From Phallusia mammillata (taxonomy: Eukaryota): a DNA stretch of 64,000 nucleotides. Location of the stretch: NCBI GenBank assembly GCA_965637545.1, contig OZ281496.1, positions 23,560,001-23,624,000 of the forward strand, given 5' to 3'. The position numbers were made by a program, and so were the translations under genes. Positions 48,366-61,031 of this stretch are shown piece after piece; the first letter of the stretch is position 1, and every line of letters begins with the position of its first letter. The notes under the pieces were generated by a model. It saw nothing but the letters and a program-made list of their open reading frames with translations. It had not been told where the DNA came from and did not search any database.

Positions 48366-49585
48366 TTTTTAATACTGTTTCGTCGCTGCACGTTATACGC
48401 TGCCTTGAACGTAGCCAACAAACTTTGTAGATCAATACACGGATATTTAGGAACACATTACCTACGAGTGATTAATGGTAGTGTTGCTAAGCAACGTTTC
48501 CCCTTTTACGCAACGTGCGTCGATACAGTAAACACTTCAGAGTTGCTAGGCCTGCTAACTTTCCTTATTCCAAAATACTTTTTAACAACTATGTGCTTAG
48601 TTGGATCGGGACGCTACTTTGGCTGTAATATTGTTTTCTCACAGATCTTAAATAGAAAAGCTTCCCTCCACGACCAATACGAAAAATTGGTGATTTTTTG
48701 AACGACAGCAAAGTCAGCATTCATTTTGGGCAAACCACAATGACATACAATCGTGATAATGCGATAAGATAATGTTTATTGTACATCTCCTGAAAAACAA
48801 ATATTGCACATAAGTTAACCAGCAAAAAAATGTCATCTTGATCGAGGAATATAGATTTGAAGTGCATAAAATTGCGTGATGGCAAGAATAAAACATCTGT
48901 TATTACTATATAGTTGTCATTGTGGGTTAAATAATTAGTGGGTGTAATAAACCAATTTCAATGACAACACAGTCTAGTTTAACAGGTAAATAAGCGGGCA
49001 AATAGAAACAAAAAAGCTAGAAACATCTCAAAGTAAAATTGTGGCATTGGTAATGCAGACACCTCTCATGACAAATAGAATGAGCGCTGTTAAAACATGC
49101 CTTATTTGGAACTTTAAGGCATGATGACTTGGCTCACTTTAAAAACAAGCTGCTTAGCTCAATAATACTGTATATTTTATAAAAACCTTCATTTCTGACA
49201 TAAAGTTTAGGTTATCGAATGTTACATAGAAAGGCTGTGCATAACACAAAAGGCTACAAGGAGTCTTTTCAATGTAGCCTATTGTTACTCATTAGCAGCA
49301 TATACACTAAAAAGTGAAAGAAACGAAGTGCTCATTTATCGGATTGTTCAGAAAATGTAGAACTTGCCCTGTTGTGTTAATCGGCCAGCAAATCAATTGT
49401 ACAAAGCATTTCACTTTTTCAAACATATTTCATCTTTAGGGCGCGAAGTTATTCTTCAGTCGACTTCTGTTTAACATAGACATGAAAGTCTATTCACTTC
49501 TGTTCGCCACCACACAAAACTATTAATTTGTTCTGTGGGTGCATTCGTTTGTAGTCGTTTAAAGGCTTTTGTTTCTTTTAAAAAG

Positions 49586-52500
49586 CTATACGCCAAAATC
49601 AGGGGTTGCTCCTGTTACAGCAGTAGAAGTCGCCTCTGCTGGGGAAGTGGAAATGTGTTTGAAATGCAAGTATTTCACCAAAAACTTTTTCGTGTATTTC
49701 CGCATCTTGGCTGACCCAAGGTTGTAAAAAATCGGGTTAAGGCATTCGGAGAACCTCAGTAAAAGGTATTCGGTCATTCCAAACCAGTAGTCGAATCTGG
49801 CAAAGTAGTTGGTCTGTGGGTGATCTTCGATGGACCAAAATTCGTATGCTGTAAAACAGACAAAAATTTGTTCATGTATTCTTGCCAAAGTTGGTACGCC
49901 GGATGACATTGCTTCCTTTCTGTTAAAAAAATGCAGCACACACGCACGAATCCATCTTCACGATAGCCATTTAATTCAACTTGCACAAATCTATATCACA
50001 TTCAAAAATGTTATCACGCAAAGCCATTACCATTTTAAAATGGTAATAAAGTTGGCAAAAAAGTTGCCGCCATTGTTTCAAAGTACAACTCTAATTATGG
50101 AAACAGGTTTACCGACTGATTCTGTTTCTTTGGAAACATGTTTCCATAATTAGAGTTGTACTTGAACAAAAACAGTGATCGTCGTTAAGTATGTTGCCTG
50201 TCAGAGGGTCAGATACTGCTCGATCAATTGATTCTAAGTTTCAAAGTAAAACCATTGCATCTTACATTAGCTTTGCCATCGTATTTTGTAACCTTTGCCA
50301 ATTTACCTGTGAAAGGAATGTAGCCCAGCAAGAATGACAATACAATAAGAGCTAGCTGTAGGACCGCTTGCTTCTCTTTTCTTTTTTGTCGAACAGTTCC
50401 GTTCTGTTTTGATCGTCGCCGCACAGTGACGCTAATGAGAATGCAAAGCAATACCACGCCAATGGTAGGAAGATAGAGAAAAAACGGAAAGCCAATCTTC
50501 TGGTACAACTTGTACTCCTCCAACCTGGTAAACAATATTCACAAATTGTTAGATCTTACATTTTTGACCGCAATTCGAAGTAACTTTTTCTTTGAAAAGT
50601 CTTAAAAAATATCTTAATGTCATCAAAGAAACTTCTACTTACAAGTTAACGGTGCATGCCGGAAACCTAGCCTGAGGTCCACCAAGGGAACGATCTCGAA
50701 CTTTGGCGCCAAAGAAGATTGAAAATGGGATAAAACCGAATACAAAACAAGCTATCCATATTGCTGCAATCCAGATCTGAAAATACAATCAATTACTTCT
50801 GATGACCTAAAAACAGTCAGTAGTCTAACAAAGCTTGTCTTTTTAATCAAAGTCAGAGCTCCTGTTTTGCGTTAACAATCAAGTTAAGTGAGTAAGGATT
50901 GTTCGGTTGATGAGTCCGTTAGTAATTTTGTTGCGCAGTCATGTTATAGTTAAATTTTAGTTTAAAATAATTCATACAAGTATACAATTGCCAGAAAAGC
51001 TCTATAAAGTTGATATTATGTCTGGCAACAACAGATTTTATACAGTTTTTTGGACAGTTTTGTCTTATTTATCAAAGCTACTTTTTCTGTCGTTGTATGG
51101 TTCTTGGTGCGTGTTCTTCAGCACGAAAATTTTTTCATCAAAGAAATTTAAACCAGCGTTAGGAATTCAAAACACGTGTCAGTTTGTGCGTAGTTTTCAC
51201 GTATCGTTGGGGAGCCATGACACGTTGTCTCAAAACGTTATCTTAGTTTACAACTGCTGTTGTTGAGGCTTAATTGCATCATAGCGTGGGTGTCACCAAA
51301 GGTTGTGACTTAAATAGCAAATAATACCATCGTGTTGTCATGCAAAACTGGCGGCGTTACTAAATATGTCCAGCGTATTACGTGACGATGTCTACATCGA
51401 GTTTGAATCGAAAACATCTATTGGCATTTGAAAAACGGTTTTAAAAGTTTGAATAGCGACTAATATGTATTTAAACTCAGGTTCTGTACTTTGAAAAGCA
51501 GTATTTGGTGATATTTTTGTATTTATTTTCATAACTGAAAAATATTGTCACATTTCACATTCATTTTGATTTTCACGACTTTAAAGGCCAGTATAACTGT
51601 CTTTCGCATAAGCGTTGACAAACATATTTTAAAATGTTTGTCATTAAGCACGTAATACAAACAAAATATGATGACACCTCCTTGAAACATACCTTTCCAT
51701 GCTGAAAGCGAATTTTTGAGAAACTGATTGGAAATTGTATTGAGATATACCGCAAGATGGCGAAAGAGAGAATGTGTAAAGCTGTCACGTAGTTTGTCAT
51801 TAAATCAGCAGCCCAATAAAACTGCAAAATAACAAGAGTTTGTTAGTTTCTGTTTTAAAATAATTGTAGATGGGCAACAATTTTTGTATGTAACACCATT
51901 TTTACGTATACTTATATAAAGCTAAAATGGTGTTCGTAACGTGAAAAATTAAACGCTGTTTGAAGTGTAAAATGTTTATTTCTAATTACAACATATTTCG
52001 CATAAAGAATAGAGATAAAGTCGCACATAGAAATTTGACTGTAAACATACAAAGTTTTACATCGCTTATCGTTTTTTATTTTCAACTAACGATTGTTAAA
52101 TTGTAACGATGCAACTTTGCCCCAAACCCACGTAAGGTCATGTGACTCACCCGCATTTTTGTGAAAGCAACTGGATTAACGCAAAGCGATGACGTAACCG
52201 CAACTAATCAACGCGCGCTATAGTGCTCGTGTAGACGAAGAAAGAAGACCTGTTGACTCGCCTACTATGCGTGTAAATAACTGTTGGTCTATACTCGCGT
52301 GCGATTAGATTATTTGGGTTTTACGGATGGTGTTTCCAAGTTTCCATGCTAAATTTTGCGGTATTTGCTAAGGTTGGCTGCTTAGTGCAATTTTCCCTTG
52401 GGCTATTTGTACGAAAACACAAAATTGTTTTCCGTTTCGTATTCTTTGCGTGTTAAACTTTTGGTTTGGACTATACGAATTTTTTAGTTTGCTATTGGCA

Positions 52501-54631
52501 TTAGCAAAGGCGCCACACACAGGTATGACGGGTATGTCAAAAATATTTGGACGAAAATCTCATAAACTGCAAGCTTAAACGTAGTCTCACCCCATGTAAC
52601 GACAAAATTATATTTTGTAGTTCATGACGTCATACTATGTGGCACATCCGAAAAATTCAAAGTCAGCGCCTTTGGGTATTGGTATTTCGAATTTGGTGCA
52701 TCAATTCTCCTTACCCTGCATAGAAAGTCCGGCATTGGTTCCCACGTATCAAAGCCCCATGTGCGGCGGTATAGGAATAACCAACTGATTAGAGCCGATA
52801 TCAAATCCGATATGCACAGGGATAGGATAAAATGCATGAAAATATTCCTGTTAAAAAACACAAGTTGGAAATATAAAATCAGCAAAGGTTTTCAAACAAA
52901 TTTTTAACTACTATTTTTACGCCAATTTTAAAAATCGTTTTAAATGTCAGTCCTAATATAACATCTTCTTTATTGGGGCTTCGTATTTTTGGATTTAATG
53001 ATCACCAGTGGCGTGTATGTGGCATTTAATGTATGCCAGTGACATGTTTGTAGTGTTTGTCATTGGCAAGTGTCGTGTAAGTAGCCTACTCTGTACTTTC
53101 AAAGGTGAATGTCAAGTCTAAGCCTGAAATTGCATGTGACGAAATTGCTTCTTGGAATATCTGTTGTCCTCAAGTGGTATAGTTTAAAGCAGTGGTTCTC
53201 AACATTTTTGTGATTGTGTAACGGTAAAATTTCAAAGAAAAAAAAGAAAAAAGTATAAACGAGAGATCGATGTGCGTCTGCTAAAATAAGGCGAATTTTA
53301 AACCCTGTAACAACATAGAAGCATGTCCTAAAATTAGACCATATTTAGAAGAGAAATTTTAAACCCTTTAACAATTATATTCATTCAAAACATGTTTCTA
53401 AATGGACCGGTTTGCACCTACAACCGATTGAGAAACACTGCTTAAAGGATCTGTGTCACAAACGTGCATTGGTAGGATGATCTGATGGATACGCTTACAC
53501 AAAACACGGCTTCTTACAAAGTACTTAAATGCCTTCAACTACCCCTTGTTGTACAGTTCCACGAAAATTTATGCATGATTTAACCACCACTAAACTATGG
53601 GGCTTGTGTTCGTCTGCGAAAATCCCTCCAAACTATAGGGAATTTTTGTTGCATTACAAGCGGCCCGTTCCGCGTCAACAAGATTCAATAAATAGGCTGG
53701 CTAAGGATGTTTTGAGGACGAGGGGAAGGAATTTAAACAGGACAGTAGTTAGGACTGTGCAGGGTTGATTGGGTTTCGTGAAATTGCCCCCATTTATGTC
53801 TATGTAGTTCTGACTCCAATAAAATTACTACCTGTGCTACAATTTTCATTTAAAAGATTGATAAATTTTATGGCTACATTTAAGGCTCTTTGTAATTCTT
53901 GTTTTGTATCATTCGATTCCAACAGTTCGGGCATATGCAAACAATTTTTTTAATGTCACACCTGGCTCTTATTGGCAACGAAACGGCATTCGTTTGACCT
54001 TAGCAGTAATATGCAAATAAGATTCATGGTACTGTACCAAATAGCGGTGTTTTTCTCTGAAACAAAACCTACCTCAGTTTCGGGTTTGATCTGATCACCA
54101 AGATTGTCAGGAGATTTCCGAACAGACCAATCACGAGAAATGTGAAAATGATTGTAGCAGTTACCGCAATTCCAACGTCGGTAAAGGGTCGGACATAATC
54201 GAACGCTCTAAAAAAAAATTATGCTAGACTTACTCCAAAGCAGAGAGTTGCATTCTGGCAAAAAAATGCACCGGATTGGATTAAATGACAGATTTGGGCT
54301 AGATGGGGCACTTGCGAAACCTGATTAATGTGGCTACTTGGGGATTTTTGACATCGTAGAGTGCTTCTGGTATAGGCAACAGAATTGTACAGTACACGAT
54401 TTATGCCTATGTACAAACAAACTTGGTATTGTAGGAATGTGTTAAAATTTGCCCGCTTGTGCAAAATTTTCTGCCGGCACCTATGTTGGACTGTAGTTCT
54501 CTAAAACAACTTAAGATGAATGTACATAATGTTTAAATCACTACCATTTCCTTTACTCACGTTGCGTTATCAATTAACGATTGCGTCACTTCCACCATTG
54601 CCGTGGTTGTGTTCGTTGTAGCAGGAGTCAT
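49586..54631 (-). CDS. Rhodopsin-like (class A) GPCR, probable peptide receptor, 7 coding exons, 360 aa
   Basis: Exons 54631-54561, 54207-54073, 52847-52715, 51821-51693, 50776-50643, 50524-50307 and 49848-49586 sum to 1083 nt in frame. Motifs: N-terminal sequons, TM1 GLFGN, TM2 LCISDL, ECL1 W...FLCR, TM3 LSFAILRY, TM4 W, ECL2 Cys, TM5 YLP, TM6 FLLGYIPF, TM7 SECLNPIFY. Confidence 0.92.
53190..53440. mobile_element. Old hAT/Charlie-like MITE in a GPCR intron
   Basis: TIRs cagtggttctcaac / attgagaaacactg; flanks gtttaaag and cttaaagg (decayed TSD). Confidence 0.6.
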
Positions 54632-55307
54632 CGTTGTCCTAATACAGTAAACGAAAACTATGCAAAAACCTTTTTTACCTCTGTGGACACAATAAATGTT
54701 GGCTTTTAAAGTATCTCCTTGTAGTTATAGGGATTTGTAGCGAGAATAAGCTAAACTTGATTTTTTACGAGCCTTTTTGTTTCGGAATCAAACAATGCGG
54801 TTAAAAGCCTAACCGAGTTGAAATTTACTTGGAAGATTTCGCAAGAGGTTATTTAGGACATCAAACGATTGCATGTTTAAAAACTTTCCTTGCTACACAC
54901 TTGGATGCACAACTTGTTGTTTGTAAGCTTGCAGGCGCGTACAAAATCGTAGTTTAGAATTTGCAAGCTGGCTGCGCTATTTTGACCATAACACCTTCAA
55001 AACAGAATTTATCTCGTCAACCATAGCGTAGTTCAAAGTTTAGGCTAAAAAAATGTTTTCTCACCTGCCGTTAAAAAACCAGCGTTTATAATAATAAATA
55101 ATATTTTCCAACTTTTTATCTCAACTACATCACGGTTAATACGCATATAGTTTTACTCTGCGTTTTGATTTACGTCACTTTTCTGGTAAGACGTTCAAAA
55201 CCGATCGTATTACAACTGTCAATCCGTAGGCGGACTTACACTTACGAAACGCGTAAGCAATTGGGACTTTCCGAGCCGAGGGCACCGTAATGTTCTAATG
55301 CCTAGTA

Positions 55308-55625
55308 CAGTGGTTCCCAACCGGTGAGGAATTCCTCCCTAGGGAGGAATTTTATGAGTTCAGGTGAGGAATTTCATAAAAACTGCAAAAAAATTACATT
55401 GAAAATGTTACAGAATATTTTTGTTTTTACATTATTATGTATTATTATAATTTGGACCCGGTTCACATTTGGTGAAGGATTCTGAATGGACATCCCTAAT
55501 TATAAGGTCTATTTCAAAATGCTTTAATTTTTAATGTTATATTTGTTTTTCTTCTTATGGGAAGGAATGAATAGTTCGAAAATGGGCGAAGGGAGGAATG
55601 TAACAAAAAAGGTTGGGAACCACTG
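55308..55625. mobile_element. 318-bp hAT/Charlie MITE
   Basis: Perfect 15-bp TIR CAGTGGTTCCCAACC / GGTTGGGAACCACTG and perfect 8-bp TSD GCCTAGTA. Confidence 0.93.
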
Positions 55626-55775
55626 GCCTAGTACAATAAAATACCATAACAAGGCGACGTTCAACATATTAAGTTGGCAGGACGCATCTCTGGATGTCGT
55701 GTTGTAGTGAAGAAACTGATAAATTGTTGTGATCTTGAATTGTGTTGTGGTCGATAGCCTTACTATGCCCTACAC

Positions 55776-55815
55776 CAGTGGTACTCAAACGTTTTTAGAC
55801 GCGACCCAACTGTTT
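55776..55815 (+). mobile_element. Orphan Charlie-like left end
   Basis: cagtggtactcaaacgtttttagacgcgacccaac resembles the neighbouring TIRs; no cleanly matching right end or TSD was found. Confidence 0.4.
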
Positions 55816-56569
55816 TTGAAAATCTAATGTTGTAATTTTCCGCGAGTCTACATGGCCTACATTGTAGTTTATGTGCAATTTCATCCGTGGCCTAAAACGC
55901 ATTAGCTTTTCGAAAAGCTTCTCCAGACCAACTTTCAGGCGAACTAACTTTACTTCGCCACCGCTTCTGCACTTCATCATTCTATACCTAAGTATTCTTG
56001 ACAACAAATATCGCCGATTGCAGAAGGAAGCACATACAACTTCGGCTACCGCACATATGTGTTGAAGTTGCGTAACCGGATTATTCACTTATCATGGGCG
56101 AAATCAACGTTATCCAGATTAAAAAGCTCCGTTTATTCATTGGCTACTTTTTGTATTTTGTAGCTTCCGGGCACTGATCTTTACCACATCACCTCGATTG
56201 TCTGCAATTTACTATAAACCTGTTGCATTTAGACCTTTCTTTTACGTTTGTTTTGAAAAACAATACTGGATGATTTTATTTTTGTAATGAATCATATGAG
56301 GTGTGTATTGTCTTTGTCACCATGTAGTCAGACAGCACTATTGATGACTGAGAAAGCTTTGCTTATTTAACCAGCAACGGTTTTATTCCCACACAACAAT
56401 CAGTTTCCGCTACCTCTATCAGTGGAAATAGACAGAGGCCTGTTACTAGATTTACTTGAAACAAAAACATGACCATATTATATTTAGCCTATACGTAGGC
56501 GTGTGCGTCTTGTATACAACAAATACGAGCTATGGTTACTTTACCACACAAATTTATGTATTTCTAAAC

Positions 56570-57470
56570 CAGGGGTCTCCAACTCAAAGATTGTCCAGGG
56601 CCAATTTCCGAACTACCTTGAAGCCGCGGGCCACATGCGCCCATAGATGTCAAAGTGCTTTTAAAGAGCTTAATACTGCCTTATACACAACTCTAGGCCA
56701 GCTCTTTCCACATCAAAGTCTTTGGTCATTTATTGGCTGACGGCGCTATTTTCGTTGACCTCAAAGAGGTTATGTCTTTGCAATCGTATTTGCGTGATCG
56801 AAACTTTTTTGTGTAACCACAAGTAACAATGAATACAATTGTTTGCGCATAATTTCATATCTTAGTTTCGTCTGTGAAATCACAAACCGCTCTTAGATTT
56901 TTGGATATGCTTTACCAAGCCCATGATATCTAGGTGAAATGAATCCTAAAAGCTGTAGTGGTAAAACTGAAAATACTTTCAGCAGCTTAAGTTTTAGCAT
57001 TGAATTTATCTTCGACCGCAAGTCCAATTTGTTTCAAATGATATAGTTTGGAAACCACTGCCCTAGGCATCTGAATCCATATCTACGGCCTATTGAAGTG
57101 TCAATAAAATGTTGGTTGGACTATATAAGCGTAAACGTTCTCATCCATATGCTAAACCTGTATAGTAAACATAAAGAACTAAACGGATTTTGAAGTTTAC
57201 GTTTGACGATCAGACTGGGTTCGCGCTTGATGATCAGATTATTTCATCATAATTATGTATCACAAACGTTGAATTTTTTAACGTAGTGATATATGGTTGT
57301 CAGTTAAAGTTTCATTACTTTTCCTTTGTTGAGCACTTGACGGGTGAGTAAAACAAAATAAGTTGGTCATATTTAACAAGATATTCATTCATATTATTTC
57401 ATTCGGTAATGACGCCGCGGGCCACGGAAAATTGCCTCGCGGGCCAGATGTGGCGTGTTGGAGACCCCTG
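56570..57470. mobile_element. 901-bp non-autonomous hAT/Charlie element
   Basis: Perfect 14-bp TIR CAGGGGTCTCCAAC / GTTGGAGACCCCTG and perfect 8-bp TSD TTCTAAAC (56562-69 and 57471-78). Confidence 0.93.
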
Positions 57471-58232
57471 TTCTAAACGGTATTGTCTGTATCATTGCCA
57501 TGTTTCAAAACAAGAAACAAAAACTGTTCTTGATGGCACCTCTAGCACTATACGTACGGAACTTTGGAGAAATCCTTGCAGCCTACGGTTACTAGTCCTT
57601 TGTATCTTGCTAAAAATCATTCATAGCACAAATTTGTAAACTATGACCCTATTGGAGGAATTATGAAATCTGACCAATTTGAATTTGTTTAAAGTCACAC
57701 TTATTGTCCTTTCACTTTCCTGAAACAATCCGACTACAACAAACTCTGTTCATGCTCCTCTCATTTCACAAGGATGCTAACCGCATTTTTTCGTAGATCG
57801 GACTTTGGAAAAATGCTTGTAAAGCTTATTCATCCCAGAGTTGCAAGTCGGGCCGGGCTTTTCGGGCCGGGTTCGGGTTCGGGCCGGGTTCGGGCCGGGT
57901 TCGGGCTTGGGTATTTGTGAGGAAACGGGCTTAAAACGGGCTTAAAACGGGCCTAACTTTGCGTTACGTGTCCGCCATTTTCAAAAAAAAATCTGCTAAG
58001 TAATAAGTCTCTGGCTTTGACCTAATGCCCACCCTACTTTAAAACGTATTGTTTACGCCATTGTCTACTATTGTTCATTGTGTTTGTTGTCTTTCTCTTT
58101 TTTCTTTTTCATTTGTTTTTTGGGTCCCAGCATAGGCCTGTCAATCAAAATTTCGGGCCTAAACGGGCTTCACAAAAACGTTTCGGGTTCGGGCCGGGGT
58201 TCGGGAGACGGGCATGCGAGCGTTTTTTGCAC

Positions 58233-58480
58233 AATGTGCTCGAAAATGTGCAGGTCGAAATGTGCGCACATTTTTCGAAAATGTGCAGGTGCCAAAATGT
58301 GCAGGTCAAAATGTGCGCACATTTTTTGAAAATGTGCAGGTGCCAAAATGTGCAGGTCAAAATGTGCGCACATTTTTTGAAAATGTGCAGGTCAAAATGT
58401 GCAGGTGCCAAAATGTGCAGGTCAAAATGTGCAGGTGCCGAAATGTGCAAGTCATAATGTGCAGGTGCCAAAATGTGCAG
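58233..58480 (+). repeat. AAAATGTGCAGGTC / AAAATGTGCAGGTGCC minisatellite (left arm)
   Basis: Mixed 14-16-bp units interrupted by AAAATGTGCGCACATTTT palindromes. Confidence 0.92.
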
Positions 58481-60725
58481 TCGCTCAAATGAAGTATTGA
58501 TATTTAACGTCAAACTATTGTTGTGGTCATAAATTGTGCCAAAAATATTAGTTATAAGTTATGACCTATAAATTAAAATCGGATTTAAGAGAAACTTGTA
58601 AAAATGCATGTTGTGTTTGTTAGATATGGCAAAGCGTGAAATTATCTAGCATTCAGGAAATAGGAAACACTGTTTTTCAGACTAGATATGTACACGATCG
58701 TCACCTCAATCGGTTTGACTTTATTGTTTTTAATTTAAGGCCTGTTAGCTTGTAGCCTGCCCAGCTTCTATAGATTTTACAATTAGACAATAGTATACTC
58801 ATATGACAGTCCAGCTATTGTTTCCGTCACGCTTGATTAACACTACACGCTTGTCGGATGCTTGCATTGAGTTTGGTGCTTTAAGAGCAAGCAAATGACA
58901 AAGCTGGGCTTGTATGGTCAGATTTATGCATCTACCCTGTATAATGTTACTACGTGGTTGTGATTGTGCTGTTGGAGAGTATTTAATGTACGTTTTATCT
59001 TTTTAGTACTTCTTTAAACGCTTTGAAGTGATTTTACCTAACATATTAAAGGGTGCATAAAGTTTATTACTAATTGATTTAAAGTCTGGTAAAAATAGAA
59101 CTTTCCTAACTGGCTGTATCTTTGAACTGATGTTCAACGACTTTGGCCTCGACCAGGAACTCTGGACAGACGAAAGGTCAAGCTTGAACAAAGATCATGT
59201 TTTTTTCCAAAGTTACTCATTTTAAACTGTCAACAAAGGGTAAATTTTGTGAATCAAAAATTAAGTTTATTTGAAGAAAAATTCAAGGCACCAAAACAAT
59301 TGCTAGACATCATAACCACCAAGGAAACTGGTGCAGAAAACACAAGTCAAATTGCTATGATAAGTAACAAAGAGTTAGACACAACAGAGTATTTATGAGG
59401 ATATGTTTTTTCAAGGCAAAAAACTAGTTTACGGAAGTTATCAAAATTGTCAGCATGTTGTCAACCATGCGACCACAGGGCCAGCTGATTTCTTTAGTGG
59501 AGCCAAAGTCTGGAGCTCTCGCTTATCCTTTTATGAGTTACTGCAACTTTTACAAAGTGCGTAAATGCCTGTTTACGGCCAGCCAACAAGCTAGATTTTT
59601 ACTGCATTGCAAAAGTTACACTGATCCTCACAGAGTTTCCAAAAAAGACATATGTGAAATTCTAGAAGTTGCTGGACTACCATATGAGTATACTGTTATT
59701 AAACTCAAAACCAAGTCAAAGACCCAGCTGTCCAGTGATTTTTATTCAATGAAACAAATGAATTATTAGAAAGTTTTCCATCCTTTGGGTTATACTGCAC
59801 AATTGACAAAAGGACTATATATGTGTCTTTGGAAGAAACTCAAATGACAACATTCAAAAAGAAAAGGACAACCACACAGTTGCCCAACTTAATGTTTGAC
59901 ATTTTTTATTTGTTTGAGGCTCATTTACATGACATAACTTGGTATATGGGTATTTAATTAGGTTAGTTTTGAAACCCACACAAATACTTGATGTGATGCC
60001 CTAATTTTAAGTTTGCTAAAACATTCATGTTATTGCTTCTGACTTGCTATTGTGTGGACCAGATGGCTAAAAAGACCTACTGTAGGAATATCATAATACA
60101 CCAAAATATCATTAGATGCTTTTGCAAAATTTGTAATTGTTTCCTGACTAATATACAGAAACTAGATGATTGCCATTATGAACGAAAAAGGTGTATGTTT
60201 CATGTGGGATTGCAAATAAATAAACAAACTAAATCTGGCGTGAACAATTAGAGAGATAAAGAGACTGAAACAGCCAGAAAGAATATTAGGATAGGGAAAA
60301 TATTTTTTTGAGACCGCTGTGGGCATTCTGTATTATATTTTTGGTAAAAAATATGTACAATGGTAACAAAACGGGTTTAGAAAAGGATAATACTGAGATG
60401 TCATGAAAAAAATGATGGATGTGCAATGCAAAAGTATAAGTTCTCACCATTTATATAGGCATCAGTTATTTACCACTGCATTTGTTTGAAACCACATTGT
60501 ATTTTCAGTTATTTTTGCCCTGAAGGGTCATATTCTGTTCAGTTAAAAAACTTAATCCACTGCATTTAACAAGAAAAATAACATACCTATATAAGTTAAT
60601 TGATTTGCACAGAACACTATTTAAAATAAAAATGCAGGGAAAGATATATAATAATTATGTAATTGGGACAAAAAATTGTTTGTGTGAAAGGGACAGAAAG
60701 ACTTTTTTAGTATGAAAGGGAGAAA

Positions 60726-61031
60726 TTTTGGCACCTGCACATTTTGACCTGCACATTTTGACCTGCACATTTTGACCTGCACATTTTAACCTACACATTT
60801 TGACCTGCACATTTTGGCACCTGCACATTTTGACCTGCACATTTTGACCTGCACATTTTGGCACCTGCACATTTTGACCTGCACATTTTGGCACCTGCAC
60901 ATTTTGACCTGCACATTTTGGCACCTGCACATTTTCGAAAAATGTGCGCACATTTTAACCTGCACATTTTGGCACCTGCACATTTTCGAAAAATGTGCGC
61001 ACATTTCGACCTGCACATTTTGGCGCACATT
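60726..61031 (-). repeat. Same minisatellite in inverted orientation (right arm)
   Basis: GACCTGCACATTTT / GGCACCTGCACATTTT units, the reverse complement of 58233-58480. Confidence 0.92.

Noticed and set aside
55776-57060. Pairing the 55776 left end with the gtttggaaaccactg end at 57046-57060 as one element
   Set aside because: The flanks match poorly (ccctacac vs ccctaggc), and the element would overlap rather than nest with the well-defined 56570-57470 element.
59003-59769. Transposase remnant inside the 3.3-kb hAT element
   Set aside because: I recognised no BED finger, DDE or hAT dimerisation motif in the fragments, and the frames are interrupted.
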